Assembly: GCF_000143415.4 (NCBI RefSeq)
Contig: NW_003314324.1
Coordinates: 1-64,000, forward strand
Reading direction: 5' to 3'
Source: Selaginella moellendorffii
Lineage: Eukaryota > Plantae > Lycopodiophyta
Length of the DNA stretch: 64,000 nucleotides
Shown: positions 25,748-38,083 of the stretch, one piece after another
Layout: each line of letters begins with the position of its first letter
Numbering within the stretch: position 1 is the stretch's first letter
Notes under the pieces: generated by a model
The model's input: only the letters and a program-made list of their open reading frames with translations
Told to the model about the DNA's origin: nothing
Database searches by the model: none
Translations under genes and position numbers: made by a program

Positions 25748-28700
25748 TTAATTGAATTTTGCATAAGTACATAGAGTTCTGCCTTGCAGAAATTCCTCCA
25801 CTAGATCTCGTGCGTTCGCTAGGTTCTCCTCCGGTTCCCATGTTGCTTCGCAGTGTGGAAATCCTCTCCACTTCACATGGAACTCTCTCACCTCGCGTCC
25901 TTGTTGCTTGCTCTTGCGTGCATTGAGGATGGCCTCGACTTCGTATTCCTCTTCCCTTTGGATAACCTCAGGCAAAGGTCTCACTTGGTCCTTGCGAAGC
26001 GGATCCTCAAAGTACGGCTTAAGTAAGTTCACGTGGAACACTGGGTGCATCTTCCCCATCTCTCGAGGAAGTCGGAGTCGGTAAGCCACTTTACCGATTC
26101 GTGCCTCAATCTCGTAAGGCCCCGCGAACCTGCTTAAGGAACTCAAGATCAATTCATTTACAGGAATACATGCATCTTTACCTTTGGGTCAACTTTCGGC
26201 TGATCCCACTTGGTAGTCTGAGGTTCTTGGTGTTCAGCCACACCTTCTCCCCAGCTTGGAACTCTACATCCCGACGCTTCTGGTTCGCGTATTTGGTTTG
26301 CCTTTGTTGAGCCCGTTCCAAAGAATCCCTCACTAGATTCCAAATGCTGAGTCTTTCCGCTGTGAATGCCTCCACTGCGGGCAACTCTCCATGATACTCG
26401 GCCACGCCGAGTTCCACAGGACCTTCAATAGCTTGCCCATTGATGACTTCCCATGGACTCACCCCGATACTCGAATGTGGTGAGTTGTTATAACACATTT
26501 CCGCAAGTCCCAAATGACTTACCCAATCAGTCTGGTCTCCCGAGACATAACATCGCAAATAATCCTCCAGCTACCTATTCACCCTTTCCGTTTGTCCGTT
26601 TGTCAAGAAGTGTTAGTGCCAACAACTTGACTTAATACCCCATACCTGTCTGTGGGTGATAGGCTGTGCTGAATTTCAACTTGGTGCAATACTGTTCGAG
26701 GAGAGTCCTCCAGAACCTACTGGTGAAGATCTTATCTCGATCTGAGATGATCTCTTCTGGTCTTCCCCGCACTCAAACCACTTGCTCGAAGAACAGCTTC
26801 GCCACACCTTCCGCATCCACTTCTATTGTTGTGGGTATGAAATGTGCCATTTTCGAAAATCAGTCCACCACCACGAATATCGCATCAAACCCCTCGCTTG
26901 GGGGGAGTCCCGTGATGAAGTCCATCGTAAGACATTTCCACGGGCGATCTGGAATTGGGATGCTTTGCAACAAGCCCCCACTAGCCTTAGTCACGGCTTT
27001 TACCTGCTGACATGTTGGACATGTCTTTACATAGTCTTGGACGTCCTTAGCCATATCTGGCCAATGGTACTTCCTTTTGAGTAAGCCCATCGTCTTGGGC
27101 ACTCCACCGTGTCCCGCAAGAGATCCGTCATGACACTCTTCTAAGGCCACCTTCCTTAGTTCCCCTTCTGGAACATACACCCTCGTTTGCTTGTAATAAA
27201 TGAGTCCGTTGTGTTCCGCATAGCCCGTTTTCTCTTCCGTTGGCAGCTCACCTCTCTGGTGAGCTTCCCGCGCCTCTAGATTCCTCAGCAACACTTCCTG
27301 TGCTAGACCATCATTCTCATATGCTGTCCGCACATCGTCCCAGAAGGTTGCTGTTGCGCTGGATATTGCCAACCTCAAGCTTGCTTTTTGCGCATCCGCC
27401 ACGATGTTGCTCTTCCCAGGCTTGTACAGAATTTCGCAATCAAACTCGGCCAAGGCATTGGCCCACCGACCTTGTTTCCCTCTTAGGTCGGGCTGTGACA
27501 AGAAGTGTTTCGTTGCCACATTGTCCGTGTAAACCTTGAAGTGTCTCCCAAGGTAGTGTCGCCACTCCTTGAGCGCCTTGACCACCGCAAACAATTCCTT
27601 CTCGTGGGCAGGCCACTTCCGTTGAGCCTTGTCCAGCTTCTTCGAGAAGAATGCTACCGGATGGTTGTCTTGCTTCAAAACTGCGCCCAACGCAAAGTCC
27701 GAAGCATCCGTTTCTACCTCAAAGTCCTTACCAAAGTCTGATAAACTTTCGATAGTAGTTGCATAGCCCCAGGAATGCCCTCAACTCGTGTACATTGGAT
27801 GGTCGCTCCCATTCCTGGATCGCTTGGACCTTCTCCGGGTCCACCTTGAGCCCGTCCTAGCCCACCACATGCCCGAGAAACTTTACCTCTTGTTGAGCAA
27901 AGTCACATTTGCTCTCTTTAGCATACAGCTTGTGTTCCCTTAGTTTCTCAAACACCTTCGGCAAGTATTCGGCATGCTCCTCTAGCGTCTCGCTATAGAT
28001 CAGGATGTCGTCGATATAGACGACCACGAAGTGATCCAGATAGGGTACAAAGACGTGGTTCATTAGCGCCGAAAACGTTGCCGGCGCATTACATAGCCCG
28101 AAGGGCATCACCAGAAACTCAAAGCTCCCATACCTCGTTCGACAGGTTGTCTTCTCGACATCTTCCTCGGCTACCCTGATCTGGTAGTATCCTGACCTTA
28201 GGTCAATCCTCGAGAAGTATTTTGCCTTTCCCAACCTATCGAACAGGTCCTCAATTCTTGGCAAAGGGTACTTGTTCTTCTTTGTATACTTGTTGAGCAA
28301 GCGGTAGTCTATGCACATGCGCATAGATCCATCTTTCTTTTTCACAAATAACACCGGCGCCCCATACGGCGACTTGCTCAACCTAACATACCCTTTGTCC
28401 ACCAACTCCTCTAGTTGGCACTTGAGCTCCTTGAGTTCTTTTTCGTTCAAACGATAAGGGGGACGAACCACTGCCTCAGCACCCTCGACCAGCTCAATCT
28501 TATGTTCTATCGGTCGTGCTGGGGGTAGCCCCGCTGGTAGCTCCTCCGGCATGGTATCCTGGAATTGGTCCAACACCCGTTGGATCACTAAAGGTACTTC
28601 TTCCATTCCTGTCTTTTTGTCACTCTTCACCGAGAGTAAGCACAAAAAGGCCGCCTTAGTTCCTTTAGTGAGTTGTCCTCTTGTGGACATCAGGTTTAAG

Positions 28701-30379
28701 CAGGAATCTTTGGCCTTGCTTTGCCCTACCTTTAGATCTTGGGCCTCCACCCTAGATCTTCTTCCTTGGGCATTCGCTAGTACCACAAGGTTTCTACCTT
28801 GTCCATGCAGGGCTACCACGAATCGATTGAATTAGTCCATTCTGAAGATCACGTCAAATCCCGCCATGTCCAACACGGTGAAGTCCATGTCCACCTTCCA
28901 AGTCCCCACTTCGACTCTCACTTGTTGAAATACCTCATCGGTGCTTTGGCTACCTTGAACAAACTCTATAGTCCTTGGTTCGCCTAGCCGCTGCACCGTT
29001 AGTCCGGCTTGCCGGACTATGTCTGCAGCCACAAAATTATCCGAAGCACTCGTGTCAATAAGGATTTTAACAAAGCTACCTCCGAGCTTCCCTCGGAGGG
29101 CTAGTAGATGTCGCGAACGACTCTCTACCAAAGTTGCTCGTGTAATGAGTAACTTTGAGTTAGGGACTGGATCACATACCTCTGTTTGGACTTCACCCGA
29201 CTTGATGGCCATATTGGCTCTGGCCTTCTTCGGGTAGGGACATTCCCTCAAAAAGTGTCCCGCTTCACCGCAGTTGTAGCATACGTTGTTTCCCACGCTG
29301 CTATATGACTTGACCTTCTTATCCGTGGGTTTGTCTCTTTTCGCCTGACTCCCCCACGTACTCGCTTGCTGGCCACCGGATCTGACTTTCCGGAACCCCG
29401 AGGACTCATTCTTAGAGAAACTCTTCTTGAATTTCCCTCTGCTAAACGTTCCCCTTGGTTTGGCCCCTTTGCTAAACGTGGATCCCGACCCCGTCGTGTT
29501 CCCCTTTCGCAAGTTATCGTTGAAATGCACCTTGATGGCCGCATCCAACGCTTCTTTGTAGTTGGTCGGGTTCCACCGCATTACTTCGCCGCGAGCCCAG
29601 GTTTGCAAACCTGATATGAAGGCATGGAACGCATCCATATCCCCCATGTCCGTGACAAGTATCCTCTTTGCCATAAACCCATTCACATACTCCTGAATGG
29701 TTCCGGTCTGCTTCAGCCTACTCAGCTCGTCCCTTAGATGCAGAGTAGCATTCGGAGGAACGTAAGTTGCGCGGATCCTCGCCTTCATCATTTCCCATGT
29801 GGCCACCGGTCCTTCGTTGGCCTTTGTCGTTCTCCACCATGACTTGGCATTATCTGCCAAGTATGGTTTTGCACATAGGACCTTTTCCGAGCTTGGTAAT
29901 CGCAACGCTCGGAAGTAGTCCTCCATATCGTAAAACCAATCCTCCACCACCTTATAGTCGTTCACTCCCTTGAAGACCGGTGGGGGCTTTGGTTTGTACT
30001 TGGGAACTACCTGAGGGACTGATTCCACTTCGGTCTGTTCGACCTTGTCTGGTTTTGCCTCAGTCCCTGCCGAAGGGTCCGCACCTTCTGCGCTGCCAGC
30101 ATCCGCAGTCTTTCGCTTTTTCTTCCGCTTCTCGTCACGCTTTAGCTTGCGTACGAGAGTCTCTAGCAGGGCATTGGTCTGTGCCAATTGTCCTTCTAGA
30201 ACATCCAATCGAGCCTTGGACGACCGAACCTCACCACCAGACTCCTGTTTGGAAGTTGCCTCACTGGAGTCCTCCTCATGCAAGGATTCCTCATCCATCG
30301 CCTCCTGTTCGACCGGAGGCTCCAGCTCTGGAGGAGGTTCCGTCTCTGCCTGGGTTCGCTTACGTCCTGCCCTTGCCAT
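25748..30379 (-). pseudogene. gag-pol polyprotein with C-terminal chromodomain (premature stops, frameshifts, small deletion)
   Basis: Retrotransposon gag, CCHC knuckle CYNCGEAGHFLREC, protease LIDTSA, RT ([16 protein letters not shown]), RNase H (DAS, HEKEL), integrase HHCC/DFITGLP, GPY/F and chromodomain EYEVEAIL..HVKWRGF..EATWEPEENL. Confidence 0.95.
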
Positions 30380-30422
30380 CTCCCAGCAATCCGCCTCTAT
30401 CCTTCGCTAGAACTGAGGAAGA

Positions 30423-30435
30423 GGCTCTGATACCA
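30423..30435 (-). other. Primer-binding site complementary to tRNA-iMet
   Basis: Minus strand TGGTATCAGAGCC, 3 nt inside the LTR boundary at 30439. Confidence 0.95.
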
Positions 30436-30438
30436 AAT

Positions 30439-31506
30439 TGTAAGCCACAAATTTTTCCTTTTCAATTTGCCAGCTTACCTCGCCTATCCGACCAACTCTG
30501 CCTTGGCTCGTGCTAAGTTCCCTCGCCAAGGTTCTCGCCTATGGTACCAGCTCCTACTTGGTTTCAGCTACTTACTGCACGAGCAACGGAGTGTTAGCCA
30601 TCCATCTACGGATTCCCAAATCTCTCCCAATCCCCCTCCCCGGGTTAGACTGGACTTAAGGTTCGGCTACACTCCCCGCAGGCATAAGCAGCCAAGCACA
30701 CCAAGCCTCCAGATTCCTAACACCCCTTGGTACCACAAGACTTGATCATGGGACCCTCTAAATCCCAAGCCTTGGGTGCAGCACTTGCTTTGGGACGTCG
30801 GGGCGAAACACCGTGGCCTAACGGCCCGGTATGGGTACCTCTACCCCCCCTCTTCCATCTTGAAGGGAAGGCCCAAGCCCCCGGAAGGGCGAGGACCAAT
30901 GAGCCACAAGGTACTCAAGTGGGGCACCACTCCACCTGAGCCAGGAGCACCGCAGTCGGTTTCCCTTTCGGGAGTGGGGGCTGCTCTTGAGCACTTCCTT
31001 GGATGGCCCCTCCGGCACCAGCCAAGTCCATGCTCACTCCCACCCAAGGCCCCTCGGTCCCAGTCTCAACCTCAAGTCGGTTTAGAAGCCCAACTGGAGA
31101 GTCCCTTCAAAACTGGTTCTTGGACCTCACTATCCCTACTATACTTTTGGAACCCCCTGCAGCCCCCCCCCCCCTGGGAGACGCACGCTTTGGGCTTTCA
31201 CCCCTTGACCCGTATTAGTATTTGGACTTAGTCTCTGGCTCGATCTCGGACCCGATTTCGGATCCGACTTCGGATTCGGTCTCGGACTCGATTTCGGACT
31301 CGATCTCGGACCCGATCTCGGACCCGACCTCGGACTCGACCTCGGACTCGGTCTCGAACCCGATTTCGGATCTCGGACTCCGTCTCGAACTCGGTCTCGA
31401 ACTCGGACTCGAACTCGGTCCCCGAGTCGGTCTTGGACTTGATTCCGGACTCTATCTCGAACTCGGTCCTAGAGTCGGTCTTGGACTCGATCCTTGACTT
31501 GGTCCC
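30439..31506 (-). repeat. 5' LTR, missing ~80 bp of its outer end
   Basis: Matches 24197-25264 with about 18 substitutions counted by eye. Homology stops at GACTTGGTCCC (31506) and runs directly into transposase sequence. Confidence 0.93.
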
Positions 31507-32808
31507 CACCTCGAACCCTGAGGAATCATAGGTTCCCCAGTTATGGGATCTCTCTTGAAGAGTTTAATGCCATCCACTGGCAGCCACACTGTGTCCCATT
31601 CTCTCATCTTGTACCTCATCACTGGAGCACCATCACGCATGCTGAAATGAAACTGAAGAAGCTTGGAGTGGCCAATCAGCGTTTCGGATCCATCCCTGAT
31701 GTAGCCTCTTACAAACCCCTTAAAGTCTGGAACTTCTATCACAAGTGCAGCTTCAACAGTGCCTTTGATGCAATTTTGGAATTCATCGTAGAGTTGTGGG
31801 AGGGTGAGGACATTAGATTGCCGGAGGGACTCTGCCAGGTGACTGAACATGGCATCGACGTCTTCATGGGTGTGCCCAACCATGAGAAAGCCAAGTGTAA
31901 CCGTTTCAAATATGCCTTTGGCAACAAGCATCGCCAAGTACGCGAAGACGTACATGTTTTTGTTCTCACTGCCAGCATTGTCTGTTTGGAGCAGAAGATG
32001 GGGTGGAAGGCCACATCGGCCGCAAGAACTTCCTTGAGATTCTGCTTCGTTTGGATGAGGCTGTGCATTCACCGGGCGACCAGCCTCGTCGGAATGGCAT
32101 GAGGCCTCACGTGATAACCCTACAATCTGACGGCCAACATATTCACTGGGATGGCATGGGGCCCCATGCGATACTGCAAGCCTTTGCTCCTCCTCCAGCT
32201 GAACCCTATATGGGGTTCGATCGACAGGGCCTTATGCAAGGGTTGGCCGTTTAGCTCAGTTTGCGCACTTTGTAGAGACCTTAAGTGTTTTGCTAGGGAC
32301 GCAATCATCATGTTTCCACCCCCGCCACCCCATAGAGGTACAAAGAAGTTCCCATAGTTCTGGGCACCATGGCCATGAGCGATTATGCCAAACAGAGACA
32401 CAGGCAGCTGCATGGATGAAGAGATTGCCTTGGGGGCAGGATTGAGTCGAGGTAAGCATGTCTTTTTCTGGTCCATTTTGTCGTGGATGATGCAGAGGTA
32501 AGAGTCAGGTCTCTCCATGGAGAGAATTCTGTTATGATAATATGCAGTCCTGCAGCTTCTCTACTCGATGTTGTGGTCGAGCTGCCTTCTAACCAACGTC
32601 TTTCGCTCTTGAGCGCTGCAAGAATTCTTCGACAAAGCCATTTTGATAGCAGTGCACTCGTCACACTTTGAAAAGCTGGAGTACTTTCCTATACTCACAT
32701 CCCTGAACCTGTTGCTCCACAATCTACTAAATCTAGATTGGCTCAGCTTCCTATAGCCATTACTCTGGAGTTCCCAATTCACATCTTCCAATATAGCCCC
32801 CTTGGTAT

Positions 32809-32908
32809 NNNNNNNNNNNNNNNNNNNNNNNNNNNNNNNNNNNNNNNNNNNNNNNNNNNNNNNNNNNNNNNNNNNNNNNNNNNNNNNNNNNNNNNNNNNN
32901 NNNNNNNN
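32809..32908. other. Assembly gap (100 N)
   Basis: Run of N. Confidence 1.
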
Positions 32909-34619
32909 GGAGAACTCATTGGGTGTCTCGTGTTCCATCTTCCAAGAGGTGGGTTTTATGTGGTTACTGCTCACTACATGTCTCGACAAACCTCTTGAAG
33001 ATTGCCTCTCCATATACAACATGACCCCTGGTTTTGTGCGTACCGTCGTTCCCATGGACTGCCTATTGAACCCTTTGTTCCTCGAACTCAGTTTTGATTC
33101 TGTAGAATATGGTTCGAGGGACTCCATAAATGATTCTCCATGCCTTCATGCAGACCAAACCCCTCTGGAAGACCATGCCCCCCACCTGATGTTCTGAAGC
33201 ATCAACAGATGACCGTAATGCCTCATACACAAAATTGCGAGCTGCCTTCCAGGACAATGTCTTGTATCTTGCTCTCTCCTCTTCAATAGCATCCCAATCA
33301 GCATGTTGACAGCACCTCCTCTTACAACAAGCAACTGTCAAGACCATTCGAACCTCCATCGCCATTTTCTACCTTTTCAGTTCGTTGCTCAGATCCCTTT
33401 GGCTGCGCTTTAGGAAGGTGTACTTTCTTTTCCCATGAAGAGATGTTATGTCATCAGTTGTAGTGGTGTTTGATTGTGAATCCTTCACATTCTCAAACAC
33501 TAAGTGCCTCAATTTCCAGCGCACAATGCTTCCAATAGTCAGACTATTTTCTTCTGTGTCAACAACCTCTAAAATTGCAACTCCAATATCATCCCAACCC
33601 AATTCTTGATTAGCAACCGCATCTCTTGGATCGACAACTGTGGCTAAGCCCTTAGCTACCACCTCCCCCTCGGGGTTGTTTAGAAACACCTTTGCCTGAA
33701 TCCATGTAGCACGGTTCTTAAGATCCACGGAAGGAACATGCGTCGCACTTGTGCTGTGCCCAACATCTGCTTTCTTCTGAAGATTTTTCAAGGCAACAAC
33801 AACATTTACCCCGACGACCATCTCTCCTCGTTCAATAGCGACCACATTCCCATCGAAAACAGTCTCTACTGATACAGCAGCATTGCCTTCCCCAAGCCTT
33901 TGATAGTGTATAACAAAGTTCCGATCCATAGACACAAGGGTCCCTTTTGCAACTCTCTTCCCACCATTCAAAATATAAACCTTTTCCCCAACCTTGAAGG
34001 CCATTCTGAAAGTGCAAAAAAGAAGTTAAGACAATACAAAAAATGATTGGAGAATGGCCTAAATCATAACATACCAAACAACCTCAATAGCATGAGGCCA
34101 CATGCCATTATTCAAACATGCTATTGACACCCACGTGAAATTTCACATTCACAAAATTGGCATGAGCCCTCATGCCATTAGTGGTACCACTAATGGCATG
34201 AGGCCTCACGCTATCTTTGGCCCCTGCTAGCCTGTTGCTATATTCCTTTTGCCTTGCTGCAACTGTATATATTTTTGTGTGGGTGACTAGTCACCCATAC
34301 AAAACATACCAGGAAGCACAAGTGCCGAATATCAAGAGGAAGCGGTAGCCACACCAAAGACAGTGCCGCTCGCAACACCACAACTGCTCGTAGCACTGCT
34401 CGCAACACCGCAACTGCTCGTAGCACCGCTCGCACAAACTGCCACTCGCATAAACTACCGCTCGCAATGGCGCTTGCAATGCTGCAACCGCTTGTAGACA
34501 CATAAACCACAGCTCACAACGCCGCTTACACAAGCAGCGCTCACTGCGCTTAGCGGAACCAAGAACACGGCGCACAAAAATGATAGATTTAGGAATGAGT
34601 TCGAGAATTCAAAAATAAC

Positions 34620-36535
34620 ACACGCTTGAACGTCACATCAAATCCTCTAACAAACCAGATCTTATGATTCCTCTAACAAATTTTAAACTGAGTAGCTTCT
34701 AGACTTTGCTGTCGGAGGTTGAACTTTGTCACATCATGTCCTTGCCTCGATCCAGCTGTGCCATGTCAGTGATTCGAACTTTGCCATGCCGTGTCAGCGA
34801 TCCGCGCCAAAATTATTTGCCGTGTAAAGGAATAATTATGCTGTGTGTGTACGTCCATTTATGGCAATATAAGGCCACACGCCATTCAAAGAATAATGCT
34901 AGTCGAGCATTTTTTGGTGCATTTTTGGGTTCAAAATTGCATGAGCCCACACGCTATAAAGTTTACCTATACCAAAAATAGAAACAGCTTTATTTACTTG
35001 GGAATTTAAGTGGTTGAGGCATTTTTAAACTTACAAACACATGCCCTACTTACATTCCTTTGGTTGCTTAAAATTCAAAAATATTATAAACCTTTCTTTT
35101 TACATTTTCAATATTTTCAATTATGGTTTTTGATTTTCGTAGGACCAGCCTAGTAATCTATTTGCATCCCGTCATGTTTATAGCTAGCTTTCGTTTGTCC
35201 CCTTCGCTAGCCTGAGATACATCTGCTCGGCATCTGCCTCTTACAGCATTTGCCCAGAAAGGGCATCTTTCTTCACGCAGCATTTGCCACATGTTTAGGG
35301 TTTAGGGTTTAGCAATTCAGTAGCTTGATAAACATGCAAATACAGAACTTGATGCAAAATCCTTTGATATGTCACAATGCCCCTAGGACCATAAACACAT
35401 TTCAATAGAGAGGGTCCTTTCATTTCATAACTCCTTACGTAGATCTTGGTGAAACCAGAGTTAGTGAAGTTAGTTTCTTGTGATCCCGCATCTGATTGTG
35501 ATGTCCCTTTGTAGTGTCGATGGAAAGGTCAATGCACACCAAACTGTAAAATCTTGGAGCAAAATAACGGTCGGATCTATGGCAAATGCCCCTGAAACAT
35601 TGTAAAGCTCGTGTGGTCTCATGTGGTGTCCCATTGAGATGCTTCTTTGTAGGGTCATCAAGAAAGACATTGTATACCATTCTGTAAAATTTAGTTGCAA
35701 TCTAACGGTTGGATCTCCAGAAAACTCAAAAAAATCTCGCGCATGTCAGAATATTCTAGGAATATACTCCTATATGCCCCTGAAAATGGCATGCGGCCCC
35801 ACGCCATTCAAGAGATAATGCCAGATGACGCCGAACATTTTTTGGTGCATTTTTTGGGATCAAAATTGCATGAGCCCACACACTTGAATGTCACATCAAA
35901 TCCTCTAACAAACCAGATCTTATAATTCCTCTGATAAATTTCAAACTGAGTAGCTTCTAGACTTTGCTGTCGGACGTTGAACTTTGTCACATCATGTCCT
36001 TGCCTCGATCCAGCTGTGCCATGTCAGTGATTTGAACTTTGCCATGCCATGTCAGCGATCCGCGCCAAGATTATTCACCGTGTAATTGCTCGGCATCTGC
36101 CTCTTACAGCATTTGCCCAGAAAGGGCATCTTTCTTCACGCAGCATTTGCCACATGTTTAGGGTTTAGGGTTTAGCAATTCAGTAGCTTGATAAACATGC
36201 AAATATAGAACTTGATGCAAAATCCTTTGATATGTCAGGACCATAAACACATTTCAATAGAGAGGGTCCTTTCATTTCATAACTCCTTACGTAGATCTTG
36301 GTGAAACCAGAGTTAGTGAAGTTGGTTTCTTGTGATCCCGCATCTGATTGTGATGTCCCTTTGCAGTGTCGATGGAAAGGTCAATGCACACCAAACTGTA
36401 GAATCTTGGAGCAAAATAACGGTCGGATCTATGGCAAATGCCCCTGAAACATTGTAAGGCTTGTGTGGTCCCATGTGGTGTCCGATCAAGATGCTTCTTT
36501 GCAGGGTCATCAAGAAGGACATTGTATACCATTCT
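34620..36535. repeat. Long direct duplications in the 5' subterminal region of the Sola-like element
   Basis: 34620-34827 matches 35880-36086, 35225-35683 matches 36087-36535, and 34870-34955 matches 35795-35885. Includes TTTAGGGTTTAGGGTTTAG at ~35293 and ~36157. Confidence 0.9.
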
Positions 36536-36986
36536 TTATTTAGTTGAACATCTGGCATTTTTGGAAATACAAGATGCTTTGGAATATCCAATCATGCATG
36601 GTATAAATATAGCGAGGGTATTAAATGATATCCTAATCATGATCTTTCTTTTGGATTTCGCGTGCATGCAGTCCGAGGAATGATGACGTTGCGGATTTCT
36701 TTTGGATTTCACGTGCATACATGCGCGCGGCGATCCAGAAATTAATGATGGCGCCCAAGTCCGAGGAATGATGACGTTGCGGGATTACCAACCGTCGTGA
36801 CATTTCGCGCGTGTGAGGTTAGGTTTTGCATCGTACTCGTGCTCGCATCGCGCTCCCACTCGCAATCACGCTCACATTCGCGCTCATCTACTTTCTCTAC
36901 AGGTTTCTCGTGTGCATCGGCGTCCCTCAATACAAAGAAAGAAAAGGGGAGGAATAAATCATTTGGAGATGAAATATTTATGTATA

Positions 36987-37163
36987 NNNNNNNNNNNNNN
37001 NNNNNNNNNNNNNNNNNNNNNNNNNNNNNNNNNNNNNNNNNNNNNNNNNNNNNNNNNNNNNNNNNNNNNNNNNNNNNNNNNNNNNNNNNNNNNNNNNNNN
37101 NNNNNNNNNNNNNNNNNNNNNNNNNNNNNNNNNNNNNNNNNNNNNNNNNNNNNNNNNNNNNNN
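36987..37163. other. Assembly gap (177 N)
   Basis: Run of N. Confidence 1.
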
Positions 37164-38083
37164 ATATGACTATGGTGCCAAAATAGTGTTCATTGCACAT
37201 AATTCAAACTCATAGCTCCAAATGAAATGTGAACACCTTTTAACTCAAGGCCGAAATGTGTTACTTTATCTTCCATACAAGACAAAGTGTGTTAGCTCAT
37301 TTTCAAAAAAAATTTATCCTTGCCATAGGGATTAAAGAAAAGTATTGGAGAATACTCTACTTGTGTAACATCAAATCATCTTTATTTCCTTACTCTCATG
37401 AAAGGCTTCATGACAACCCCTTCGGGGGTTGCGAGGAGCAGGTATTGAAATCTCTTGTGCTAGAATCTTCTATACAGTTTCCTTTGGTTCAATGGTATTT
37501 GGATTTGCCATCTCCTAAATGGTTTCCTAAGTGTGGACTCCTAGGTTTAGTTGTTGAACTTCAACAACGTCGTTGTCACAGTCAAAAAGAGCCTCTCAAT
37601 GGGGATGAGGTACCTGAGGAGCGCCGGGGACGAGAGCCCCGGGCCGGGGTCGTATCGGTTGACAAAGTTGGACCGGGGACCGGCGTTTGGGATGGGCAAG
37701 GCCGAGAGGTTCGACAAGGACTGATCAAGACGGTGGTGCTGTTTTGGCAACGTGAGCTCTGTTAACAAAAGGTTGGTTTTGATGAAAGAAAACTTGGCAA
37801 AAAGAATAGCTCACCTCCTCTTGTGCTGCATTAAGCTTTGTTCCTCGGATCCATTTCTCTCAAGCAGGCCAACGGAATGGAGGTTGTAGTCCGTCGACGG
37901 GGATGATCGTTGTTCTTGGTAGCTCCCTCGGTGAGACAAACAAAAATTTTAGTTCTTTACACCTTCTAGCAGCCTGAGCGCAACCACGTGTCCGTGCCAC
38001 TTGTCAAGGGCACAACTACATTATACTTGCTCGAATCGCCTGAGAGAACAAGTTTTAGCATAGCAAGAAAGAAAGAAATAAAG

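Larger units (their letters stand above)
24197..31506 (-). mobile_element. Ty3/gypsy chromovirus LTR retrotransposon (recent, now disabled)
   Basis: Two near-identical LTRs, PBS, PPT and gag-PR-RT-RH-INT-chromodomain order. Inserted inside the Sola-like transposase. Confidence 0.97.
23587..34004 (-). pseudogene. Sola-like/DUF7869 transposase, split by LTR retrotransposon (pieces 31507-34004 and 23587-24196)
   Basis: N-terminal pair of TNP1/EnSpm-like (Transposase_23/DUF8039-type) domains (VAKG...LG...V.V). Then CCKRRCC..VCMKAW..IYGV, FSKCDEC, IIHDKMDQKK, LQTDNAGSENKN and FLMVGHTHEDVDAMFS. C-terminal VVLVRP..IWVG..VIVEWF domain. Several in-frame stops, frameshifts and a 100-N gap. Confidence 0.8.
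22140..36860 (-). mobile_element. Large Sola-like (DUF7869-type DDE) DNA transposon, interrupted by a chromovirus; ends approximate
   Basis: Contains the transposase pseudogene, about 17 copies of a family-specific 22-bp palindrome and long subterminal-type duplications. No TIRs were identified. Confidence 0.65.

Noticed and set aside
32073-32220. Intron in the transposase containing two palindromes
   Set aside because: The downstream frame is open across the region, so a single frameshift explains the break without splicing.
37256-37920. Short ORFs/exon-like pieces upstream of the esterase
   Set aside because: Splice-like sites exist but no coherent or recognisable protein could be assembled.
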